DNA of 64,000 nucleotides, taken from assembly GCF_009914755.1 (NCBI RefSeq), contig NC_060933.1. One strand, written 5' to 3'. Position 1 is the first letter of the stretch, and each line of letters begins with the position of its first letter. Shown one piece after another: positions 53,501 through 64,000 of the stretch. A model generated the notes under the pieces. The model made no database searches and had not been told where the DNA came from. It saw nothing but the letters and a program-made list of their open reading frames with translations. The position numbers and the translations under genes were made by a program. The stretch comes from the human T2T-CHM13v2.0 reference genome, Homo sapiens.

Positions 53501-55108
53501 CTTTCTGTGGGATGCAGACAAGATATGAACAAGGACTATATGTTATTTCAGTTGGTAATAAGTGTTGTGGAGAATACTCAAGCTGGACAAGGGGACTAGA
53601 ATCTTGGGGAAGGTTTGAGAGGGGCAGGTAGAGGGCCCTTGTAATTTTAGAACAAGCAATTTTTTTCTGATAAGATGAAATGTGAGCAAGGATCTGAGGA
53701 AATTATGACGGTCTGGAGAAAAACATTCCCGAATGAGGGGACAGCTAGTGCAAAGGCCCTGGGGCAGGAGTGGGCTTTGCATGTGCCAGGACAGTATGGA
53801 GACCATCGTGGTTGGAGTGGAGTGCAAACAGGGGAGAGTCACAGTAGTTTGTTTGGAGAGAGAGCAGGGACTAAGTCATCCACGGTCTTGTGGTTACTGC
53901 AGTGGCTGTCACTCTGGGTGAAATGGGTACCGACGGAGGCATGGAGCACATGAGTCATATATGTGGTAGTTGTTATTTTTCATTATTAGAATTCCTGTTA
54001 GCAGATGATAGGTCTAGAATTAGGCTATGAGTCCATTTAGCTTCCCAGTCCATGCTTTGACATTCCACAGTGCTGTCTTGTTACTTGTGATGTCTGTGGT
54101 CTCAGAGTCTTTGTGGTATAAAAGGACTCGCACTCTGCAAGAGTTTACCATGGAAGATAAAGAACCTGAGATTCTGAAGACCCTCTTACCCCTCAGGACT
54201 GTGGTATTTGCCAACCTGTGAGTTTTTTCAGCCTCTGTTTATCCCTACTGTTCTTCAGTTTCGCCCAGTTTGCAGGAAGAATTGAGAAATAGATAGACTT
54301 CTCCTAAAGGCAAAGAATTGTCCTTGTAGAAAGTTTGAGGGTTTTTTTTTCCTGCCCTCCTTCCTCTTCCTGGGACTAGAAGAATATCTAGATGAAGAAT
54401 ATCTTATTTCTCAAAGGGGAAACGATAATGATATTTGGCCCAAATAACCTTTCTTGGCCTTGCTCCTTCCACTGAGCTCATCACAGGAGGACACAACTTA
54501 CATAAGAAATGGATCTGTAATAAATTTCCCCATGAATTCTTTCCAGCGGCATGCAAACCTTTTTAGTTCCATGGTGTATGCTCATATAATGATCCTCCAC
54601 CTGGCTCGGGACCTTTTTATGTGGGAACATTAAACTAATTTTGTTTGGAATGTGGGATGGTTTCTCAAGATGGCACACCTGATTCTAAATCGCAGTTCAC
54701 AAGGCTCTTTGGGAAGACAGATGGATCCCCGGAGGCTCTTTAGGCTTTTCGTTGCCCTTAGAACTTCTCTCAGAGCCCAGCTCATCTCTGAAAACCTTCT
54801 GCTTCACATTTGGTATCCTTGTGACAGCCACCAAATGATTGGGTAGGGTCAAGAAGTCAAATGACTTCCTCATATGCTTCTGCCATCACTCCATGCCTGG
54901 GTGGGGGTGGGAGCCAGCTGAGGTGCCTTGGGCTTCTGTAAGGGTGTGAGAGTGACTGGGATACTGATGGGATTAAAATATCAGTTAGAATTCTTTACCG
55001 GGAATGGGTTAAATGGCACATGCCAGGAGTTGCTTTTGTCTGGCAGCAGCGAAACTGAGTGATATGATCTCTCCTCCATTGTTTATGACATGAGGATATG
55101 CTCTTCTT
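50575..55108 (-). pseudogene. Dense cluster of exon relics (50575-50778, 51174-51433, 52181-52398, 52800-52937, 53295-53387, 54085-54303, 54502-54935, 54999-55108)
   Basis: Most start at a pyrimidine-tract AG, seven of eight in phase 1. 54502-54935 has 144 codons with 3 stops and ends TAT|gtaagt in phase 0, matching the phase-0 start at 54303. Confidence 0.5.
53500..53965 (-). mobile_element. L2 LINE fragment
   Basis: gagggacagctagtgcaaaggccctgggg. Confidence 0.8.
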
Positions 55109-55680
55109 CTGGAAACAAGCTGATTCTTAGAGGTGCATAGAATGGTGCTACTGGGAGACCTAACAGGGGGTTAATTACTGGGGTGCTGTGAATACAGATG
55201 ACGTGCATTAAAGTATTTCATCTGTCAGCCACCAAATGCTACTCTGTTCAGAAGCTAGGGGTGAATCTGAGGGAAGCTTGGCATGAAAGGTCTAACTTAA
55301 TGAAAAGAATCTAAGAAAACATGAAAGTATTATGTTTGCAACTAGACAAAAAGCTAAACTAGAGTCTTGTGGTGTTTGTTGCCTAAATGGTAACTCCTGC
55401 TGCTTTCTTAACTTTCAGAAAACCTCAGCTGAATCTAAATCTCCTGCTTATGCTTTGTGGAGTATCTCAGCTTAAAGCAAAGCCACATTATCCTGCTTGA
55501 TATAGCTGGGATGATTGCGGGGTTATGAGTGTAGTCAGAAAACCCTGGCATGAAAGAGATTTTAAATGAACAGATGAATAGAGCAATCAAAGGGCCATCC
55601 AATCAGATCTAAGCAGATTAGAACTTCATGCAGCCTCAGACAGAAATAGAGAGTGCTCTGTGACATATCAAAGTCACTCA

Positions 55681-56025
55681 TCTGAGATGCTCATGTTGCC
55701 CTGACCATCAAAAGCTGCTCTCAAGGCTGACTTCAGCTCCATTTTCACAGGTATCAGTCAAATAGTCTCCATGGAATGGGATCTTGACTTTTATTATTGC
55801 TGCAATTTGTCTCTTCCTGTTTTTCATTTAAAAGTATTTCTATGTTTAGGTTTGGATCAAGCAGTTTACAATTATTATTAGGATTATTTTCCATGTCTTT
55901 TACTTACTGTTTTTTATTTAAAAGTATTTCTATGTTTAGGTTTTAATCAAGCATTTTATTTTTCAAAATGCTTTGATAAAATTTCATTTCAAAAATTTAG
56001 CAAGTTTTATCACAAACATTTTCCA
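55681..56025 (-). pseudogene. Coding-like relic segment with an internal 90-bp in-frame duplication
   Basis: MLD*NLNIEILLNKKQ*VKDMENNPNNNCK / LLDPNLNIEILLNEKQEETNCS; ends CAG|atgagt (donor-like, GT>AT). Confidence 0.45.
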
Positions 56026-56027
56026 TA

Positions 56028-56207
56028 CAGTGGCTCTCAACCTGGGGCGATTGGAGACATTTTTGGTTGTCACAACTGCAGGGGCAGGGGCACTACTGGC
56101 ATCTGATGGGTAGAGGCCTGGGAAGCTACAGTGCATAGCACAGCGACCCCACCAGTGGAGAATTATTCAGACCCAAATATTAATAGAGCCAAGGTGGAGA
56201 AACCCTG
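56028..56207 (+). mobile_element. MER20
   Basis: cagtggctctcaacctggggcgat ... ggagacatttttggttgtcacaact ... ccaaggtggagaaaccctg. Confidence 0.88.
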
Positions 56208-56230
56208 GGTAGCAAATTTCTATAATTTCA

Positions 56231-57109
56231 TGTTGCCTCAACATCCATTTGGAATCTAAGTTGGGCTGTCTCATACCAGAAGCAGTGCGCAGTCACCCCA
56301 ACACAGTTTCCAGTTCTCTGTTTCCTCCCAGTTCCTCAATAAGGTCAATCCAGATATTTGCCTTATACAACTGCCTCATGGTGACCACCTCCTTATGGGC
56401 CAGCTTAGATACAACCTTCTTGACTCCATCCGTTGGCCCTCACACCCTGCAGGAACAGATATGCAGCAGCAACACACCCCCAGCCCTCCAGTCACAGTGT
56501 GACTCCACAGAACTCATGCCTGCTTGCTATAAACCCACCAGTCAGATCTCCTGAGAGAAACCTGCTTGGGTAATGCCCTGGAATCTAAGAAAGGCTTTGA
56601 CCCCCATCTGTCCTGCTCCCCACCTGCTGGTTGAGGCTGTGTGTTTCTTATGGACCCCTCCCTGCTGCCACCTTCTATAATAGTTGGCCCTGTGAGGCAT
56701 GCTGCCCACTCCTCTCGGGATCTGTGAGTAATACACAGCTTGTTATTTCATGTTTTGTTGATTTGCCTCCTCTGTGTCTCACTTGAGCGACACACCTAAA
56801 CCTAACTTCTTTCCCAGTCAGGGCTCTCTGAGAGAGTGGCTATTTTGGTAGAAATAAACTGGACACAGGTCAGACAAGAGCCACAAGAGCATCTGCCAGT
56901 GTAAACAAGTTTCCAGTGAGAGGGACAACTTGGCACAGGTCAGACACGAAGGACGAAGTCATCCACCAGGATAAAGAAGCATCCATCCCCTGAAAGGCAC
57001 ACTGAAAAACATCCACAAGCACCTTTCCTGGAGCCCTGCCAGGGCGGGGCTACAGTTCACAGGCCTGAGAGAGACCTCAAGACCAAATCAGAAAAAAAAA
57101 AATACGACA
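56231..57109 (+). mobile_element. MER54-like (ERVL) solo LTR
   Basis: ggacacaggtcagacaagagccacaag ... gagagagacctcaagaccaaat. Confidence 0.7.
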
Positions 57110-57469
57110 CCTTGATTTAGAGTGAGGGCATTGGCAACCTGGCAATCTTTGTTTCCAAAACAAAACAAAACAAAAAAAAGCAAGCCCCCAATAGCTATTG
57201 ACTTAGGCCAGATCTACTACTTATGTCTTAAGTAGACATTATCAGTAACTTTCTATTTTTAATGATCTGATTACATCATATTTCTGCTTAAAATCTTTTA
57301 ATGGCTTTATGTCCCTTACTGTGTATAGTCCAGATTCCTTAGCATGCCAGAGCGATCTCCACTCACTCCACCAGACTGAATTCAGCCTCCAGATGAGTGG
57401 GTTCTGCCTCTGTCATGTGTCTCCATCCCCTCTAGCATCCTAGCTAGGCAGTACTTCTCCATTATGATA

Positions 57470-57670
57470 AAGAACCACAACTTTGAAATTGACCTGAGGG
57501 CCAAGTCCTGGCTCCTCTGTTGACTAGATCTATGACTTTGGACAAGTTCTGTAACCTCTCTGTTTCTCATTCCTAAAATCAAGATAGTTATAGAACCCAC
57601 AGGGTTGGGATGAGATAACGCCTCATGCACCTCATGCATGACATGTGAACACTGAGCACCATTTTATTAG
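57470..57670 (+). mobile_element. MIR SINE
   Basis: tgactttggacaagt ... aacctctctgtttctcattcctaaaat. Confidence 0.8.
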
Positions 57671-58086
57671 CTCAGATGTTAGTCATTTTCAAACCAAGAC
57701 TATTGCAAAAATTTCTTGACTGGCCTCTCTTCCTCTTTCCTTAGAATAATCTAGGGAAGGTATGCATACTTTAAAAAATAAAGAGTAATTGAAAGAAACC
57801 TAAAAAAAGCTATTGGTAAAAGTTTTCTTACTCAAAAAAATAAACAGCTTTATTGGGATTCAAGAGGGTAATATATGGGTTCTTACAGTTTAGATTAATT
57901 GCTTTATGAAATTAAAGAACATCAATGATAAAACTGTTATTTAGCCTCCAGGTAATGGCTGAATATTGTTTAAACAAGAATAGTGACATGAAAGTGGCTT
58001 ACTATCCTTTCATCCTCAAATGAGATCACAGGTTTTATCACCAAGCTAGGGCAGCTCAGTGTGGCCCCAGGGTCCTGGTTACTTAC

Positions 58087-59280
58087 TACTCATCTTGTCC
58101 ATTCATCACACTGCTGACTTGGACATCACCCTTAAACACAGGTTGGAATGTGCTAATGTCCACTGCAAAAACCATTAATAGTGCTTCAGTTTCTCATTGC
58201 TGTGTTCAGTGTCTCCATTATGCAGGTTTGTCCTGCTTATCCGGTTTTCTCCCACTTTCCTTCTTTACTGACCTTCTCCAGCTACACAGAATGATTCCAC
58301 AAACATGCCCTGCCTTTTTCATATGTTTATGTGTCATTGCTAACCAAAGCTATTCTCTCATCCTAGAAATCTGCCACATTTCTGCCTGTAGAAATCCTGC
58401 CCTTCACTTCTGTGATGCTTCTTTGAATTCTTCCAATCAGACAGGATCACTCAGTTCTCTGTGCTCCCATTGGATTTTACTTGTGTTTTGGTTAAAGGAT
58501 TGATTTAATTCTCCCAGGGATTATAAGGAGCTCTTCATTTTCACATTAGTGATGATCTATATTGAATCAGGATTGCCTTATTCTTCTCTTCTATCTTCTA
58601 CCTTTATGTCATAATGCTATGCAAATTGTTGCAAAGCAACCATTGCTCATTAATCTTTTTTCCTAAGGAAAACAGAAAAAAATCACATATTAATATGTTA
58701 CACCTTTCTCAGGATGGTTGGGATCAAGTGACCTAATGTGTATTAAGACATTTTATAACCTTCACAGTATATTTCAAATAGTATTTTTTGCTCTAATTAT
58801 TGCACGACGGTAAACCATGGATACTCTTGATAGACAGACTCAAGTTCAATCCGATTATCATTTCCTAGGTGTCATATGCAGGCACTGAAAGCTTTGGGGG
58901 CAAGTTACTTTACCCTCTTTGACTCCCCTTTAAAAAAATTTCTATGATGGGGGTTTTTATGAATAATAAATGAGATGGTATCTGTTATTTTCTTAGCCTA
59001 GTACCTGGCGCATTGAAAGTACTCAAACATCATTAATTGTCATTATGACAGTTAAATATGTAAGTCATTGTTCAGCTTGGCAAATGAAGACAAAAAGTTG
59101 GAGAAACGTGTTACCTCTCTTCTGCATGCATTTCTCTAAAGAAAGGGTAATGTTTTAGCAGCAAATGAGCTGTTGACTTAGAACAGTTTCCTATGTAGAA
59201 TTGGACAGTTTTCTTTTTACCCACACTATGGCCCTATTTGCTCAGGGCCCCTTCTCTAGCTTAGCACTGGAAAGCCTGCC
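58087..59280 (-). pseudogene. Three small exon-like relics (58087-58162, 59115-59135, 59221-59280)
   Basis: ttttgcag|TG DISTFQPVFKGDVQVSSVMNGQDE |gtaagt; 21-nt ctttctttag/gtaaca; 60-nt ctgccaacag/gtaaaa. Confidence 0.35.
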
Positions 59281-60068
59281 CTGTTGGCAGGATAAGGATG
59301 CTCCAATGTGCTTAGATAATTGAATTCTTTAGAATTGGGCCAACAGTAAAGAAAGATTCTGTGTAAGATTGAGTGAAGAAACATGATATCTCTTCGGGTA
59401 TACTTTTTTGTTACATTTCTTTATTACAAAAGAAATATGTGTTCATCCTTACCCAGCATGGATTATTACATGCTACTTACTATCTGTCCCATTAAGTGTG
59501 TATGCCTTCATGCTCATCTATAACTATTTTTTTGAAGTTTTGTTTTATGTTGCCAATATTATTAGATTTTATAAGTTTTTCAAGGCATTAGCTATGTCTT
59601 ATGCTATTTTTTTCTTTCATAAATAAGCCATTGATTCATGCAAATTCCTGAAATAAGTATAACAAAAAACACCTTTTCTATTACAGTTTAAAATATGTGC
59701 ATAGGTGGAGCTTAGAGTTCATAAATCCAGACAACCCTGGCCTCAGTTATGGACCTTAATTTCTACCTATTCTGATATTTTTAACTGTATGGGATTCTTA
59801 ACTCTGCCCAATGGGTGAGCCACTACCAGCCACAGATAGTTGTTATGCACAAATGCAAGCCAGGGTTGCTGGACATTTTGATTATTTAAGAAAAGGTAGG
59901 AATCAAGAATTTTGACTCAAAGTGCCTGGAACTTAAATATGATGTTTACTTCAATTATTTTTAAAAACACTGGACCAAACAAGATATGTCTGTGGGGTAC
60001 TGTGGGCCTCTATATTGTGACCTTTGATGGGTGTGGTTGGACATCAACTTAATTTTCAATTTAGGAAG

Positions 60069-60433
60069 TAATATGGTTTGACTGTGTCCCTACCCAAATC
60101 TCATCTTGGATTGTAGCTCCCATAATTCCCATGTGTTGTGGGAGAGGTCCAGTGGGAGATAATTGAATCATGGGGGCAGTTTCCTCCATACTGTTCTCAT
60201 GGTAGTGAACAAGTCTCACGAGATCTGATGCTTTTATAAAGGGAAACCCCTTTTGCTTGGTTCGCATTCTCTCTCTCCCCTGCCACCACGTAAGATGTGA
60301 CTTGTTCTTTCTTGCCTTCCGCCATGATTAAGAGGCCTCCCCAGCCATGTGGAACTGTGAGTCAATTAAACCTCTTTATAATTACCCAGTCTTGGGTATG
60401 TCTTTATCAGCAACCTGAAAACGGACTAATACG
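60069..60433 (+). mobile_element. THE1B-like MaLR solo LTR
   Basis: atatggtttgactgtgtccctacccaaatctcatcttg ... aaacggactaatac. Confidence 0.93.
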
Positions 60434-61224
60434 GTACGCAAATTAACAATTTGGAGCAGAGCAAGGGAGTGACCCTTTTCTAGTGAAAAGCAAACTTAAG
60501 AGTATCTAAATGATATTCATGAACCATAGGAACTAAGTAAATACCTAGGAAAGGTGATTACTATATTATCAGGGGTGTCTCTGTTAATTTCTCAATTACC
60601 CTAATATGTGTAATTATGACTGGGAAGCAGGAGAGAAGGAATAAGTGAAGTAATAGCCCTGATCATGGCATTTTCTTTAAAAGCTCCATTTTGACCTATA
60701 TAGCTTATGAGCTGTCTTCTCTAAATAGTTCAACACTTAATCAGGTACATAGATGGTGGATCCATCTAGTTAACTAAAAATGTAATAAAACATTTGCTTG
60801 TGATCTTTTACAGTTAAGGTTACTAGCTGAGGCAAAGGGCTGTTTTTCTCAAGCCACTAATCATTAGTAAATAGAGATAACTCTATTGCCTGAGGCTGGA
60901 TTAGAGATTTACGCTGATGTAGACCCTGCTGGTTGCCTACCCAATGTGTTTTTTTCCATTCTTCATTAGTATCAGAATGGGGATTTGGGGTAGGAGGATA
61001 GTAATGTGTCCAGAAAATGAACAACCACCCAATAAAAGAAACACTGTACTTCTACTTCTTGCCTCTCAAGTGGTCATTTGACTTGCTCTGGCCAATAAGA
61101 AGTCAGGAGAAATTGCTGGATGAGGCTTGTAGAAAATGTTTTTAAAAGCAGACAGATTCACCTGACACGTGCCCTTTGTCTCTCATCTGTCTTCTGCTTT
61201 CTGTCTGGAACCTGGACATGATAG

Positions 61225-62235
61225 TGATATAATATTTGTATTCATTTATTTCCTGGTACACCTCTCCGATATTTTTTCCTCCTACATTGGTTGTCTGCAT
61301 CTTTTGGTTTTCCTTTTCCTGTGGTCCTACTTTTGTAATACTACTTTCTGCAGGGAGAAGGGAATGTTTTCAGTCTTACTTAGAGAATGGCTGATCACAA
61401 ATTGATTATTATAGGTAAATTGTAACCATAAACACAGACTTCTGTGACTGCATACAGAGATAGGCTCCTTCTTTGCAGTACTGATCAAGATTGTGTCCCA
61501 CACACCCAGAAATTCTGTTGGATTCAACTTCATGTGACTAACGTTAAAAAAGAACCAAAAATTTATGTTGTTTATGATAGCATCAATATATTATAAAATT
61601 CATTCCTGAAAGCTCATTCCTCAAAACTTCCATTTTGACTTTGCCAGTAAGTACCTAATTTTCTAAACCTCTGTTTATAATTTTACACATTTGATGATTA
61701 GTGGAATATTGCATGAACCAACTTCTCAATCGATATTTTCAAACAGTGTCTCTCTTCTCTTTCCTGTTCATCCGTTCTGGACACGGCGGGGCATGTTTGT
61801 ATTGTGACACAGCCTTGGGCCCTGCATCTCTGTGTTGCTATGTTGGGTCAGGTGGTATTGTGGGCTGTGGGAGAATTCCTGACAGTTGCACCTATACCAG
61901 GATGGCTAAAATATCTAGATGTGGAAGTGACTGCAAATCACATAAATATGTCTATATGATCCAAAGAACATCCATGCCTATGTTAACTTCCCTTTCATCA
62001 GATCCCTAAAATGTCAGTGGCCACACAGACTCACCTGACAGGAGGGGAAGTGTGACAGAGGCATAGCTAGAGAGGAAACAGATCGGACCCTTACCCTACT
62101 ACAGTGAACATAGGATGCAAATTTTATTGTGACTTATGACATGTCGACACAAAGGTGGAACCCCTCCTGGGGCATTGGAAGGCAACTGTGCAATTGAGTG
62201 TAAGCTTTGTTAGCTTCCGGGTAAATCTGCCTTTG
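61225..62235 (-). mobile_element. MER115/Zaphod (hAT-Tip100) left end
   Basis: ggcagatttacccggaagctaacaaagctt terminus; gtcacacttcccctc; tttatgtgatttgcagtcacttcc; gatgcagggcc. Confidence 0.8.
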
Positions 62236-62529
62236 CTAAAAACTTGAACTGACTTTAGACATGTCTGCTTTTAGGGGTAGTGACCTAATTAATATCAGTG
62301 GAAAGATAAATTTCTGTCCTGCTCTCTTCTCACAGATACACCTGTGGGTAGACAGCCAGAGCAAATTATAAATTTTAAAGCATTTTTTTAGTTCTATGCT
62401 ACCAAAATGTAGACTTGGAGGTAAGAAACTATGTTTTAGCTAAGAATACATATGCATATTTAGACAATAAACAGGAGGGACTGAGTGTAGAAGCAAAAAC
62501 AAGCTATCCTGCATAATAAAGAGGGAAGC

Positions 62530-63025
62530 ATTTACATTATCACTGTGGAACAAACCATCCCAAACATGGTGGCTTAGAATACAAAGTCATTTATTCTCTT
62601 TTGTGATTCTGTGGGTTGACTGAACTCACTCGGAAGTTCTGCTCCATGTGAGATCAGCAGGGGCTGTGTCATGTGGTGGCACAACGGTGCCAGCACATCC
62701 AGCTTGGTTCACTCACACGGTGGCCAGTTGATGCTCCCAGAAGGGAACTCAGCTGGGGCTGTTGGCCATAGTGTCTTGGCCTTCTTCCATGTAGCTTGTC
62801 TGCATCGGATAAGGTTCTTACACCACGGTTTTCAGAGGTTCTAAGAGAGCGTGTTGGAACAAAAATGGAAAGTGTAGTTCTTTTAGGGCCCAGTTTTAGA
62901 AAGTTATATAGCATATTTCCAAAACATCATATGGATCAAAGGAAGTCATAGTCCAACCTAGGTTCAAGGAGGGGAGGAACAGAATCCTCTTGTTGGTGGG
63001 ATGAGTGGTAACAAATTTGTGGCCA
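62530..63025 (-). mobile_element. MLT1J/K-type MaLR LTR
   Basis: acaaaccatcccaaac ... gattctgtgggttgactg ... ctcagctggggctgttggcc. Confidence 0.8.
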
Positions 63026-63229
63026 CCAGAGGAGATAAAGGGATCCAAAGGTTTGCATTCATATAGGGTCATCACTTACATCTGGATTATAAAAATAGAA
63101 ATAAACAAAGATAAGAAGACAATGCCTAACACATAGTAAATGCTTAAAAATTGTTCATTGATTTAGAATTTATGGGCCTACAACTTTTAATGTACGTGAT
63201 CTTACATTTTCATTTCTTGAAAATGTTTA

Positions 63230-63658
<429 letters not shown>

Positions 63659-64000
63659 TCATTTTTCTGTGGTCTTGATCCTATAGATCTATGGGATTTG
63701 GGTTTTGTGGGATAATTTACAGCCCCCTTTGCTTTCTTTTTTTACTTTTCTTTGCTCCATTAGCTTTTGTGGATGGTGATGGGAGAGATGGTCTCTATGG
63801 CGAGGTCTCCTCTAGCGCATAGGCTCAAAGGCAATTTTCCAGTGTGAGACAATCTGCCACAAGAGGTGAACAATATCACCATGCGAGTGTTATCCCCAAC
63901 CATAGCACATGTTTGCCTCACACCACAGATTCTGACAATTAAGAGGGTGGAAAACCAGTTTTCCAAAAGCAAAAAAGTTTGGACAGTGGAAGAGGGAAAT

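Noticed and set aside
61225-62066. Four attractive exon candidates (62035-62066, 61687-61914, ~61450-61540, start at 61347)
   Set aside because: They lie within MER115/Zaphod transposon sequence. This shows that 3n, splice-flanked segments arise by chance and limits confidence in single exon calls elsewhere.

Overview
Human genomic DNA. The species call rests on an L1HS-Ta insertion with its diagnostic 3'-UTR nucleotides, alongside AluY/S/J, THE1, MST/MLT, MER, MIR, L2 and L3 repeats. The window is AT-rich, has no CpG island, and contains no intact protein-coding gene or prokaryotic system. Many listed ORFs are Alu, L1 or microsatellite artefacts. The main observation is that much of the non-repeat DNA reads on the minus strand as the relic of a very large, multi-exon, low-complexity protein-coding gene (candidate unitary pseudogene). 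The support is purine-rich islands bounded by pyrimidine-tract/AG and GT donor sites, mostly phase-1 and often 3n long, with stop-poor frames and codon-periodic internal repeats. In two exons the frame rejoins once an inserted MLT1A LTR or 5S rRNA retrocopy is excised. I could not name the gene. The same by-eye method also produced false exons inside a MER115 transposon, so individual exon calls are tentative. Other points are a young 5'-truncated L1HS-Ta with a perfect 16-bp TSD, a nested L1/Alu/THE1 cluster, and enhancer-like non-coding blocks in the relic's introns. Repeat subfamily names are from memory of consensus sequences and many boundaries are approximate.
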